64,000 bases of DNA from Yuukianura sp. NJ FZ-2021. Taxonomy: Eukaryota. The notes under the pieces are model-generated. The model worked only from the letters and a program-made list of their open reading frames with translations. It searched no databases and had not been told where the DNA came from. The stretch lies in the NCBI GenBank assembly GCA_046563655.1, contig CM102289.1, positions 4,898,001 to 4,962,000 of the forward strand. Direction: 5' to 3'. Made by a program: the position numbers and the translations under genes. Numbering within the stretch: position 1 is the stretch's first letter; each line of letters opens with the position of its first letter. Shown in pieces: positions 38,578-51,997 of the stretch.

Positions 38578-39945
38578 GGCTCCAATCTTAGATTTGAAAG
38601 TCCTAAAGGCATAAAAAGGTTGCAGTAGTATAGTAGTCTTTAAAACGCCTGAAAATCAGGTAACCCACCTACGTTCGTTCTGTAAAGATGATGAAAAGTT
38701 TTGAAAAAAAAATTCTCAAACCAAGAATGATTTAAAAGTAATAATTTCATAATTTATAAGTTCTTAAACCTAAAAAAAGCTGCAGAACCACAGAATTTAA
38801 AGCGTCTCCAACATGCTTGAAAATCAGGCACTAGTGTACTTCCAAACACGTTATAAAATTTTGAGAAAAAAACATTTTAAACAAAAGCAAATAACTCACC
38901 TTTATAGGAATTTGGAGCTAACTAAAATCAGCTGCCGAAATTGCTGTGCTCTCGTGTTATTTGATGCTCGTGTAGCAACAAAGTGGTTTGGATGATAAAG
39001 GCAAAGTGGGTTAATCATATAGAGTTTGCATGGTTCTGACATGATCGTCTGATGCCCCTAAATACTACAATCCATTTGAACTTATCGCTTCAAAAACAAT
39101 TAACGCTATCAATAAAATAAAATTTAATAAAAAGAAATGAGAAAGTATATTAAGACGAAACTCTCACCCATTCGACTGTTTAGCTTTACGGAAAATGACA
39201 TCGACGTAAAAAGTAGATTATATAATTGATGTTATATATTAAATATATATTAAAAATATTAAATTATATAATTAATACTATACAGTAAGGTACATATGTA
39301 AATGTTATACACGAGAAAAGGCTTCTTGAATAGCGACTCACAGTTTTGTCGGCGCAATTTTTGAGATTTTTTCGAATAATTCTGTTGACCAAGACCACTG
39401 AGCCTGTTAGGGGTCTCATGAGGTTACATCATCAATAGATTCACCAGGCCCTTTGGTCCAAGGTTGCTATAGCGCCCATTTATACGAATGCTCTAACAGG
39501 TTACGCCATAATTCCGATTTTTTTGAAAAAAAAAACTTTCAGACCAATTTTGCGCCAACTTTGTTCATTTTCACAAGAAAGGACAGTTTCGATTATTAGG
39601 GTGAACTGGGCCCAAAAAATAGGGTGAAGGACTACTTACAACATAACAAAATTTTCACAATTCATCAATAGATCAATCATAGGCTTAGCAAGTAAGGACC
39701 AAAATTTCGCGATGTTGTAAGTAGTCCTTGCATTTGAAATTGCTTGAAATGGACATTCACTTTTGGCACTTTTTTTCTAAACAAAGTTCGACTTTCTCTA
39801 AAAATCCTGAAGAAATGCCTTAGCAACAGTTGTCGCTTGACAGCTTGTTTACAGTTTTTTGGTTTTGTAACTTGAAAAATCAAAATTTTTGTTTTTGGAG
39901 AAGTGTAGAACCCAGAATGCTTTGCATTCTTCCCTTCCCAGGGTG

Positions 39946-40377
39946 CACAGTGGGGCAGAATCAAAAATAACAGGCCACGGTTGCTAGGGGAAACGTTAAG
40001 GGAAATTTAAGAATTACATTATAAATGAATGCCAAAATCGGGATTCACAACGATCGAAATCTTAAAAAATCTTCATAACCCACACGTGACCTGGATGTTG
40101 GAATAAAAACTAGACACCGTCACGTACCAAATTCCGGCGCTATTTCTTGCTACTTTTTCGATTTTGTATTTTTAATTGATTTTTGAATTTGGGGTAAAAT
40201 TGTGTCTATGAGGGGTCACCTAGGTCACCATGCATAAAAATTGAAAGTGCGCAATGTTTACAGTTGCTATGACGATAATTTTGCGACGGTTTTGCCTCCA
40301 TAATTGTGTATTTTTCAACAATTAATTTGTTTCCCCCGAAACGCTTGGCCTTGTTTGTAGGAATCGACCCCACTGTG
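39946..40377. mobile_element. Non-autonomous Transib-type element
   Basis: TIRs begin CACAGTGGGG and are flanked by a 5-bp target-site duplication GGGTG (39941-39945 and 40378-40382). Confidence 0.8.
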
Positions 40378-42292
40378 GGGTGTTGCCCAGTTCCAGCTAG
40401 TGGCAAAAACGCCCTAGCTACCAAAACCGATTTTTAAAATGTAAACAAACACTCTCGCCGCAGTCACGTCACTCCGAGAAAGTACAGGTTTATCAAAGTT
40501 TTTAAGCTGTTTTTGAGATAACAGCGAAAGTTTCGAGGCTAATATGATGAAAATGTTGAACAACACTGTAAATGAGGTATTTGTGATGAAAAAACTCCCA
40601 TAGTAGCTAGATTTTCAAAAAAAAAATCCTAAAGGACCTTAGCTCTAGTATTCTATTTACCTTGGCTCAGTTCGTTCTTTATATAGCAAAAATGCATGCT
40701 TTCTTTCGCTTCTCAGACGAAATCTACCACGAATGTTCGATAAAGAATAAATCCTATACCAGTTGTATTCTATTTACCTTGATCCTATACCAGGTTTATA
40801 ACTGGCAGGTGTAAGTTGTGAAAAAATACTTAGATGAATAAAATTTCAAGATTGGTCAACAAAAAAAAACTATATCATATTATTAATATATATTAACTTA
40901 TTATTTCCTCCAGTTTTACCTGAAACTGAGAAGAGGAAACAAACTTTTGGTTTGGGTATTCGTACACCTCACTGTCACCGTATAACACCTCAAACACTTA
41001 AAATTAATTTTTCTTCTTTTTTATTAAAAACAAATTAAAAATAATGCACAAACACTTGCCTAAATGAATTGTATCAAAACAATTATTTTTGCAAACCGGC
41101 AAATTTTTCTCAAACCTTTTCCGCAGTATTGATGGATGGGTAAAACATTTCTTCCATCTCAGCCGTAATTGGTAGAAATATCAGGATTTAATCGGATATA
41201 TTCAATTTATCAAGCGTTTTCGTCTGCATAAAACCGCACGAAACCTGCATCCATTGGATATCCACTTGGATGAAATATCGAAAAAGTGAATATCCACAAA
41301 CACTGCTTATCGAAAAACTGAAATTCAGTGTTTGGAATGAATTTCAATTACTACGTAACATCATTGTTGGCATGCTGGAACGTGCAGTGGCGTAATTGCG
41401 ACTTCGCCTATTTCTAGATTAAAAGAGTCCCCAGCGGGTGCAACTTTTAGTTGCTCAAACAAATTAAAGATTTACCTCGCGATTTAAAAAACACAACCTT
41501 TAAAATTGTCAAATAATACCAAAACACTTTTCTCGCTCCGTTTTGTTGTTGCAACATATTGGTTGTAAACTGAATTGTCCAACTCCTTACACTTTCAAGT
41601 TATATGATTTTCTTTTTTTAGTTTTTTTATGTATTCAGAACTCTTTAATTTTCTTTTTACGTTTTTGAATCATAGTTCTGATTTTCAATTGCTAACGAAA
41701 AAGAGCCGCGTCAGATGTGTGGTTCAAAAAGCTTAAAAGTTTGAAAAAAAAGGAGTTAGAGTATAACCTTGCATTTGGTCATCATCACTGATGACTCTCA
41801 GTAATAATTACTGATATTTATTAATAATTTAAAATTTTATTAATTTATAATTTTATAATTAATAATTATAATTTATTAATAACACAGCCATAATTTATTA
41901 CTTAGATTTTATCTCACTGATTATAACTACAGCTACACGATTGAATTTCCAAATTGTAATAGTTGTCGCTTTTCGAGGGTGGCTTACCAAAAAAGCATTA
42001 ACCTAAGGACGAAAATGGATAAAACATTAAAGCATAGCTTCAAACCAAACAACGGTTATGCATGATACGTGTCAGTTCTAAATCTAACCAGTTTAACTGC
42101 GGTCCAGTTTTGTTTCGAATCACATAAGGAAGTTGTTCTTTACTTGTACTTCCTGGTTTAGTCTATTCATGCTCCGAAGCAGCCGATATTTTTTTTTGTA
42201 GTCGTAAAAGTTGTCCATCACACAGCTTCACTAACCTCGGACTTTCACAAATTAAACAATTGATTTGCGTTTAGTCTTTACAGGGTTGACGA

Positions 42293-43105
42293 GAACTACA
42301 GGACAGAATGTTTAGCCGACAGTTTGTAGCTATTGGAACTTGCATGTTATGGCTGACCACTACTGCCGGTTTGACGCGGAAATCAACACCGCATACAAAC
42401 TCACATACGGAGGTAATTTTCTGTGAAACCCCGTGCAACATTGACAATGAGGTTTCGTCTTTTTTAATGCCACATTGTTGCTTTTTAGAAAAACAAGTCA
42501 TACAACTTCTACTTTCCATTCCCCACGGAAAATTGCCCGGGTACGTACATACCTTTGTTCTCTCAGAAAAAAATGATTCGTGTATTTTGCAAAAAAAAAA
42601 GAATTTTAGGTTTGGGTATCCGAAAACTTGGAAGTAAAAATTCATTTCTTACCAATGCGATAGCTATGTTCTAAGAACTTCAAGACAAGATGACCCTTTT
42701 ACGCTTCCCTTGCCTCCCTCCCACTGCAGATAAACTGTAGCGTAAAATATATTTCCTTTTAACTTTGTTGCAGATGAGTGTATGTACATCCCTGAATGTG
42801 GCACCGGGCGGGTGGACCTGACCGACAAGGAAATTCTGGGGAGGGCAAACGTCTCTGAGAGCTACTTTGCACCTGGAAATGGAAACTGCGAACGCTTATA
42901 TGAACTCGACCGGAAATACTGCCCTATTGCCTCTTACGGAGAATGCCTCATGAAGTGCGCCGGACTTCGGTGTTCAACTCCAGAGCACAACGGGTACGAT
43001 ATATACTCGCCCATTCCGTCGGACCGTTACGAGAGGATGGTAGAGGCTTACCGTAAAGCAAATAATACTGCCTTCACTATGGCTAACTTCCGTCACATTC
43101 ACTGA
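42293..43105 (+). pseudogene. Cys-rich protein exons of unknown family, possibly disrupted
   Basis: Terminal exon ~42774-43105 is coding-like and followed by AATAAA; the upstream exon ~42293-42412 has an in-frame TAG. Confidence 0.35.
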
Positions 43106-43319
43106 CAAATATGTGGACAAACAGAAGGGCATGTGGAAATTGAAAATATGCTGAAATGAAATAAAAGAATGAAATAAAATGATATAATACGAACATAATA
43201 TAACAATATAATAATTTATGCGTGTGAATAGATCAATAGACATAAAAATTGACACATAATCAGCGCAGTTTTTTTTAAAATGCTAAAATAAAAAACATAA
43301 CACTATTTTTGCTGAGAAC

Positions 43320-43640
43320 AGGTTGTTGTGAATATGACTGAATTTATAATCTCTTCAGTAGTGGTTATATGGCATCATGCATAGCACGCTATAGCGGCGA
43401 CTGTAGTATGGCCTTGCCCAAAACATCAAATGCGTTTAGCCATGTCCAGATATCGGGCTTTATAATCAGTCAGAGAAAGCTGAGGTTGTTGTGAATATGA
43501 CTAAATTTATAAAATCTTCAGTAGTGGTTATATGGTACCATGCATATTACGGGGTAGCGGCGGCTGTAATTTGGCCATGCCTAACACATCAAATGTGTTT
43601 AGCCATGCCCAGACATCGGACTCTATAACCGGGACATGGC
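43320..43640. repeat. ~162-bp diverged tandem duplication
   Basis: GGTTGTTGTGAATATGACT...CAGTAGTGGTTATATGG occurs twice. Confidence 0.8.
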
Positions 43641-43777
43641 TGAAATATTTCATACACCACTAGAGTGGCTGGCCAGAATTATTCGATATAGGCGCTACTG
43701 AATATTGTATTTCAAACTGAGGCATAGTCAAGACAACCTGAGCATTCCCTTGTACATACATCCGATATCTTGGACAT

Positions 43778-44338
43778 TCGAGGCGAGTTGGCTCAGTGGT
43801 TAAGCCATCAATGCTTTTCCACTGGCCGACCTGGGTTCGCACCCAGTCAGCGGGAGAGAAAAAATAATTCGAGGCCGTGGGTCCTCCCTGTCCCGAAGCA
43901 GGGAGGCGAGTGCTGGACTTATATCTTTCCAGCGGCTGCTGTGTGGACACCCCTATATAAAGGAGTATTTTGTGGGGCACCGCATCTGCAAGCACTACCT
44001 GCTGAGATCACATAAGGAGCTGACCTTGAGTCAGAGGTGTCTGTTGCCGCTAGCATCAGCGGGTAAGAGCTTCGCAGATTGTGGTGGTTGCCGATTCCTA
44101 CTCCTTGAACAAGTCCATTAAGCAGAAATACTCATTCAATCTGATTTGTCTATCAATTACGGACGACCTCCGTAAAGGAATAGCACTAAAGATTACCATA
44201 ATGTGTATCTGCTCATAAAGGACAAAAAATAACGCTGTTTGTAAAGGGGCAGACTGAAATATACCATAAGCGCGTATGTTCAGCGTGAGTCAGTTACCTA
44301 ATTATAGGTGACTGCTCCCCCCAATAAACATATATATA
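43778..44338 (+). mobile_element. tRNA-derived SINE inserted into a ~140-bp tandem repeat
   Basis: A box TGGCTCAGTGG, B box GGTTCGCACCC, AATAAA plus (TA)n tail, TSD TTGGACAT (43770-43777 and 44339-44346). Confidence 0.75.
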
Positions 44339-44715
44339 TTGGACATGGCTGAAATATTTCATCCACCACTAGAGTGACTGGCCAGAATTATTCGATATAG
44401 GCGCTACTGGATATTCTTTCTAAAACTGAGGCATATTCAAGACAAGCTGAGCATTCCCTTGTACATACATACATGGTCTGGGCAACTTCCAAATTTATTG
44501 TAGGCACGAGAAGCCCCGTATCATCGAGCGAACAAATATTTCGTGAACAATCTTGACTGCAAGAGAGGTTTGACCTTAAAAATGTGTAAACCCGTCTTCT
44601 GCGCGAAATGTAAATTGTATGAATTATTAATTTTAGGTTACGTTTGAAAACAAAAAAAAAACTTTAAAAACTTCCTATGATCAAGGAATAGAACGATTTT
44701 TTTTTCAAATATAAC

Positions 44716-45645
44716 TATAGTTCATTTTTTTTAATGTGCAGTTGTTGATTGTAATTTTTCGGGTGTCGCTCTTAGAAACTGTTTAGGTTGAAGTGATTCA
44801 AAACCTAACCAAATGTATCCATAAATTCAACCATTCCGCGTATATTTATATTTCTATTCGTATTTCGTAATCGTATTTCTAATCGAAATTAGAGGGCATA
44901 ACTTTAGTCTACGTCTGAATCTGAAAAGCTAGCGCTGTCGCTATCCGACTCCGAACTGTCTTCCCCTAGAGGAATTATAATCGGATTGATAGGATTGTGA
45001 ACAAACGTTTCGGCTAATTTTTCAAGCTCAAAAATCTTTTCTTCAAGTTCTTGCACATGTCGGCAACATTGAGTCCACAGTTGATCAATCAAGACTATAT
45101 TGCACAGAAGATTGTCAAAAGTCAACTGTCTGGGTCAAAGGTCAAATGTCACACACTTCCAAATTATTGTGAAATGAACTCCCCTGGCACTCCCCTTTTA
45201 AACGATATACTACAAGACTATATTGCACTGAATATTGTCAAAGGTCAACTGTCTAGGTCAAAGGTCAACCCAGCTGTAGACACTATAAATATAAATGCTT
45301 ACCCTTTGAGCGCAGAAGCAGTTCTTTTAGCCACATTGGTATAATCTACAGGAATTGCGGATGGATCTAAATGCTCCGAGGCGACTTGTCGTTTAAACTG
45401 TCGCTTTTCATTTTCAAATGTCTCCTTAAGGTTGACAATCATTTGCTTTTCAGCTGAACTTTTAGGTTTCGGCATTTTGCAAATCAAATTACTCCGAAAA
45501 GAGAAGCGAATTTTAAGAAAGAAGGATTTTCTAAAGTTCAAAAACATTTTGATGATAAGTTTTCCTTAAGTCAACCTAACACGTTTCTAGGGGTGACGCT
45601 TCAAAATTACAATCAACAACTGCACATTAAAAAAAATGAACTATA
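44716..45645 (-). mobile_element. Internally deleted IS630-Tc1-mariner element
   Basis: ~75-bp imperfect TIRs (TATAGTTCATTTTTTTTAATGTGCAGTTGTTGATTGTAATTTT...); remnants of a transposase N-terminus (SSAEKQMIVNL..AKRTASALK) and acidic C-terminus (WTQCCRHV..PIIIPLGEDSSESD). Confidence 0.75.
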
Positions 45646-47270
45646 AGTATATGAAGTCATAATATTGATAAAAATCGGAAGCTTTGAACTAGTAAATAAA
45701 TATGAAAATACAATGTATTTCTTTCCTTCATTTATTGTTGCAAACCTTATGATAGGTAGAATCCGAAAAAAATCACTCCGATTTAAAACAGCTTTGTTCT
45801 ATATGTATCAACGGCCTCTTCATCTGAATACATTTTAACGCGTACTTTATAGTACTCAAGAAGGATGTACTTGAAGCGTCTGGTACTATGTTAAATTGTA
45901 TAGTATTTCAGAGGGAAATATGAGAGTTGATTTTTCGTCAATTGTCGAAAATTCCTTGCCTTATGCATGAAATTCATGTTGCATAAAATTAATGAAATAC
46001 CTAAAGCCCTACATGACGCCTAGACTGCATTTGGGGTGACAATTCAACGGAGTCACTTACAAACAAGGTAGGGCGATGCTCAAGGGTTGAGCATAGGTCT
46101 TCTGGAGGGAGTTGGCAATTGATACGGTTTTTACACCTGCTGTCCGCAAACGCAAGAAAAACGTTGAGAAACCGTTTTCACGAGATTTACGCAACGAAAC
46201 GTGGCTCATAACTTTCAGTGCAGATGTGGGGCGTTTTGATGTGCACAATTGCACTAAAATGTGAGACACATTTTGCATAAAAAGGTAGGGCAATGCTCAA
46301 GGGGCATAGGTCTTCTGGAGGGAGTTGACAATTCATATGACATTGAGACCGGCCTACTGCAAAACTGTGGACGAACTGAGAAACCGTTTTCATGGAATTG
46401 ATGCTCTAAAACGTCGCTAAAAATTTTCAGTGCGAATGTGAGATCCTATTTTGTGCACGAGTTGCACTAAAAATGTCTTGGCAATTTCACAGTTTAATTG
46501 CACCAGAATCATGTTTCAGTTTTGAGGCCCAAAATATCTGCAGTGCATTGATGTTGTTAATTTGTTGAGCAAGATACAGACAATGTATTATGGATGTTGC
46601 CATGGTAATGTACCATTTACGAACAGCGTTTATTTAACTGCATAAAAATGTTGTTCAAGTTGGGCTCAGATTTCACACTGCTCAAAATCATTCTGATGCA
46701 CAATCGTTCTCAAGCGAGCACAAACTTTCAGTTGTGTGCATCATGCACAAAATTGAACGTTGGGGGGTCAAATGCCGTTTCCTAAAAATCAAAATTGGTT
46801 CATGTAAATGCACAATTCCACGTTTATGTATCCCTGTTAATCATAAGTGTGCAACATGCACAAGAATGAGCGCTGGGGTGAGGGGTCGAATAACGCTTGT
46901 TAAAATCGAGATTATAAAAATTTCACAGCAAATGCAAATTTCACCCCTGTTACGCACTATTCACATATTCAACATTTAAGCCAGATTTTCTACCCTCTGA
47001 TCAGTCTTAATTTAACGGTTTCATCCCCGGTAACATGGAAAATGAGTTCTACAAAAGTTGTTCCTCTCATGGAGACCAACAACATTTGTGTACATCACCT
47101 GACCCCAAGTGACCTGCATCGGGGTCAGAGGTAAACTTTTTCATTTTAACGTCCTGCTACTGGGAAGTGGTGGAATCCACTACCACTCCCCCGGGAAGTG
47201 GGGTGTGGTGGAAAAATGGGAGTACCAACCCCCACTCCCACGAGGGGGATGGTGGTGGAAAGTAAGGGGA

Positions 47271-47296
47271 ACACACACACACACACACACACACAC
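47271..47296. repeat. (CA)n microsatellite
   Basis: Direct reading. Confidence 0.95.
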
Positions 47297-47891
47297 CCGC
47301 GGGTGTGACAACAGCGGTTTACCATCCGTTTATTTAGTTTATACCTAACCGTTTATTTAGACATTATAGCAGCGTTGCTGAAATTAGAATTTCAGATTAG
47401 GGTTGTAAGCTGGGAAAAACATTTTGAGTGCGTTTCTGGGATTTTCTGGCCTAAGTACTTCAAAGTTATATCTCCACTTGAACATTATAACAGAGCAATG
47501 TAAATATAATGAAGACTTTTAAGTAAATATTGAGAGTAGTTTATTGCACAATTATGTTGAGAATTTCCAAGAACTGCTGCGCCGATCCTCATTTTTTCTT
47601 ACAGAGGTCATGATCTTTCTCTGCATAGCTAACAGCAGAGTCCAAATCAACAAGATTAGTCCTCTCATAATTTTCAGCTTAATTGAAACAAGCATTTCAG
47701 GTCAATTCGTTTTCATTTTTAAGTCAAGTGAATTTTCCTAAGTTCACAAGAAATACAGCTAAAGTCAACAAAAGATCAACTCTAAACAACTTTATAAGCA
47801 GGAACCTTTATAGGGATCTACGAATTCTAAACTAACAGTTTTACCATTTTAACAGTGTGTTTTTAACTGATTCTTAAGAATTTGTTCGAAA

Positions 47892-50800
47892 ATGAGGAGT
47901 GAGAAACATTGGATGAATGTAGTTGTCACTCTTGTGTTTGTATTGGCCAGTGAGGTCAACAGCGGCCAAGCCTTGGCAGGTTTTGATCCGCAGCGTCATC
48001 ACTTGTTGCTCTTGAGTACAGACGACCAGGAGCACTCCAGAGTCAAACGATCATTGGAAATTGAAGATGATGTTGACCTGGGAGAAATTGAAGACGAAGT
48101 TGTAAGAAATTTTTTTGGAACTGTGTATTTTTGAAAAAACGACGTTTTGTTTTCATTTCGAAAATTATTTTTAGGAACATGACTTTTACAATGAAACGGC
48201 CAAAATCTACTCATGTCATGTTTCTACAGACATTCGATACCGATATGCTAGAACACAAGTGACGTCGCGCGTCATCAACAAAAATCGCAGATTTCCTTCC
48301 GAAGTGATTTTTACCATGGTCCTACCAGAAGCAGCTTTCATTTCAAAGTTCCTAATGTAAGGTTTGAAAATCCGAGACCCAAATCTCTATGAAAATTAGT
48401 CAAAAAAGGAATTTTACTGGGAATTTTGAAAAATAGGGAAGTTGATGGAAAGGTATATAACGCCCATGTCAAAACAAAAGAAGAAGCGAAAGACGTTTAC
48501 GTCGACGCCCAGAATCGAGGTCAGGGTGCAGGATTGGTCGAAGTGAAGTGAGCAGGAAATAATAATTCAAAATTCCGTCAAGACGAATGCCTTCTAAGTT
48601 TGGTTTTATTTCAAATTTTAGCGCTCGACATGCAAACGTTTTCAATGTCAACTTGAATGTAAAACCAAATTCAAAAGTTACGTTTAATTTGACGTACGAA
48701 GAATTTCTCATTCGGAAACTCGGATTTTACGAACAAATAGTGCACATTCGTCCGGAACAGGTAACCACACTCTCAAAAAACAACAATTCAAACTTTATTC
48801 ATTTTTACTTTGTAGATTGCAGAAATTGAAGATTTTAAAATCTCAGTACGGATACTGGAATCACAAAATATCACAAGAATCCAAGTTCCAAATCTCGTCA
48901 CAAATGAAATCTTGGCATTTGAAGGTTATTCTTTTAAATGCTTTTTTAAGTTTACAACAAGTTTATACATTGCGTATTTTTTGGAAATTTTAAACAGAAG
49001 AAACTAATGTAAATGTCAACATTAGTCAACCTAGTGGAAACTACGCAATTGTCAACTGGAGACCGTCAAGAGCAGATCAGGAGTTGATGGTCAGAGATAC
49101 TGGAATCAAATTCGTTGTGCGTTATGACATTCATCATGATTCTGGCGCAGGAGAAATTTTGGTAAAATTTGAAACCTAAAAGTTCGAAAAAGAAAATTCT
49201 GCGAATTTCGATACCCGATTTTTTTTGCTTCAGTTAATGAACGGCTACTTTGTTCACTTCTTTGCCCCCTCTGATGTGCTACCAATGAGAAAACATGTGG
49301 TTTATGTCCTTGACGTGTCAGGGTCAATGTCTGGACGAAAAATCCAGCAAATGAAGCATGTCATGAGTACTGTCATGGATGACCTCAAACCAGACGACTA
49401 CTTCAACATCATTTTCTTTTCGTCAGAGTCAAAGGTAGTAAGAATTACACTCAAAGAAAACAATCCAAGGTCAAAGGTCAAATCAAACTAATTTGATTTA
49501 GGTGGTGATGCCAGCAAAATCCGCTGCTTTTGCTGAACCAATCATGGCTACTGAACTTGCTCTGCGTGAAGCTCATCAACTGCTGGCCTCACTTACTGCT
49601 CATGGTGGAACAAATATTGACGCAGCATTGAGAGATGCTTTGGCCATCACTTCTCGTGTTAAACCGACACCACAAAAAGAGGGTATTGGAACGCTTCCAG
49701 AAAATGTGGAGTCGTTGATCTTGTTTCTGACGGACGGTGATCCAACTGTCGGCGTCACGCGACCAGAAGCGATTATTTCAAACGCCAAACAAAGGAATTC
49801 TGCTAAAGTTCCGATTTATGCCATTTCGTTTGGGTTAGAACCCGATTTTGGTTTTCTCAAAAAACTTTCTCTTGAAAACTTCGGTTTTGCTCGAAAGATT
49901 TACGAAGGGGTAGACGCCGACGTGCAGATCCGTGGATTCTACAAAGAAATTTCCTCTCCACTGTTGTCAAACATCACGTTCAAGTACACAACAAATTCCA
50001 GTGTTGCAAGCGTTCGGAGGTTAACCAAACAGAATTTCCCAAGTATTTTTACGGGATCGGAAATTGTGGTTGCCGGGTACGTTCGTGACAGAAAACTGCC
50101 AAATAGTACTGCGCCTGCGCCGCTACCTCCAGCCTTCATGAGCGTCGATATTGATGCAAACGGGAGAAATGGCCGTGTGACCTTGACGGGCAATGACTTA
50201 ACGCGAAACGCGTATGACCTTATGCCTTTACGAAATAACAGTGTGACCTCTTCCCTGGCGGAAATGGAAGATGAATTTCTGGAACGATTATGGGCTTACA
50301 TCACCATCAAGCAATTGCTTGAAATTCATCCAAACCAAAATGGAACTGACGATGACGACTACATTTATGAAGATTTTGGAGAGGAGGGGCTAGAAGAATT
50401 AGAAGAAAATGAACCAATCAATGAGCTGGAGCCAAGACCGATTCCATTAGTGTCGGCTCCTCAGAACATTACAACGGCACGAGATCGTGCTCTGAATTTA
50501 GCTTTGAAGGTAAACAACACAATAAAATTAGATTCTCTCTAAATAAATATTTTGAACAAACTTTTTTATATTTTTAAGTTTTAAATTTGCCTTTTCTATG
50601 CAGTACGGTTTCGTCACTCCAATCACGTCCCTCGTTGTTGTAAAGCCAGAAGAACCGAAATTTGTCATGGACTCGAAAGGAGTCAGAGATCACAGGGCAG
50701 AGGTCACCGATGTCATCAATTTGAAAGAGGCGTCTGCGCAGATTCGTGGTCCACTGCCTCCTACTAGGGGCAACCGGATGATGCCAGCACCAAATTGGCC

Positions 50801-51862
50801 AACATATTCTTCAAGTTACGCCCTCCGGAGCTACCCTCCTGCCCCTCCTCCACGTATGATTTTGAAGCTCGAATTTGAAATTTGGAAAAAACAAAATCAA
50901 ACAACTAAGGAATTCAGATTCTTAAATTTTAAAAATTTAATTTTGTTTACAGCAAATACCGTTCAAAGAAGTACTACGTCGACAGGTTCTTTTACACATA
51001 GGGCTGCAGACCCACCGGGTTTAACAGATAAATCGAGAGCCGACTCGAGCAGCATGAGTGTAGCCGTTTCCGCTCGTTATGTTTCTCCAGCTCCTCAAGT
51101 TTTGAACAAAATGGTGGCAAATTTTGAAAATGTCCGATCCACGGCATCCCTAATGTCACACGTCCAAGCATTGAAATTGAATAATAATCAACGCCAAGGT
51201 TAACATATTAGACGCTTCACAACATTGTGCTGATGATTTTATATGCTTGAATTTATCGACTTTATCATAATTTTTCTTTAATTACGTAGTTGCAGCCATA
51301 AAGTTTTCTGGAGCAGAAAGACAAAGACAAACTGTAATGGCCAGGCACTATATGACGTTTGATGGCACAACAACCCCTGCGTCACTTACTATTCGACCGC
51401 AACAACCAATGACAAACAGACTTGCCGTTACTTGGCCATTTGGAACAGATCCTGCCGGGAAATCTTTTCTGATGATCTATGGATCCAAATATTTAGTTCG
51501 AAATGGCGATGAGGTAAAGCAGATGTAGAAAGTAAAATGTAAAAAAGTTTAAAGGCTTAAAACTTATTTTTCAACTTATTTTACAACCAGTTCAACTTTG
51601 GGCCATTGAGAGCTCCTCCATGTACTGGCGGAACAAGACACAACAGGTTCCAGGGAACATGCCAGCACTTGAGAGACTGCGTTCGACCAGAATTCCAAAC
51701 AAATTTTGAGATTTACGTCAATCAATACTTTTGTGGAATTTCGTAAGTGATGAATTTTTCAATTCCCGTTTGCATTGACCACAATTTTTTAATTTCCATT
51801 TGTTTTACATTTTGATTTGTAGACGAAACGGTGTTTCATATGCAGGCGTCTGTTGCAGTTAG
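47892..51862 (+). CDS. ITIH: Inter-alpha-trypsin inhibitor heavy chain-like (signal peptide, VIT, vWA, C-terminal clip-like 6-Cys domain)
   Basis: RYARTQVTS, LPEAAFISKF, GYFVHFFAP, DVSGSM/TNI/LTDG MIDAS, ERLWAYITIKQLL, YGFVTPITSLVVVKP; terminal C..GTC..C..FC..GVCC. Confidence 0.92.
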
Positions 51863-51997
51863 GTTAACACGGGAAAAAGTATTTTTCCAGCTATCTTTAT
51901 TTAAACCTTGAAGTTTTGTTTAAGCTATAATTATTATACAAATACACTTTTCAAAGAAAAAATTTTTCTGAACTTCTAAAACGTTGTTGATGAAATT

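Noticed and set aside
43780..43855. Functional tRNA gene
   Set aside because: No convincing acceptor stem, and it heads a TSD-flanked SINE.
45900..47330. Genes in the short ORFs of this region
   Set aside because: No motifs or coherent splice structure; looks like degraded repeat DNA.
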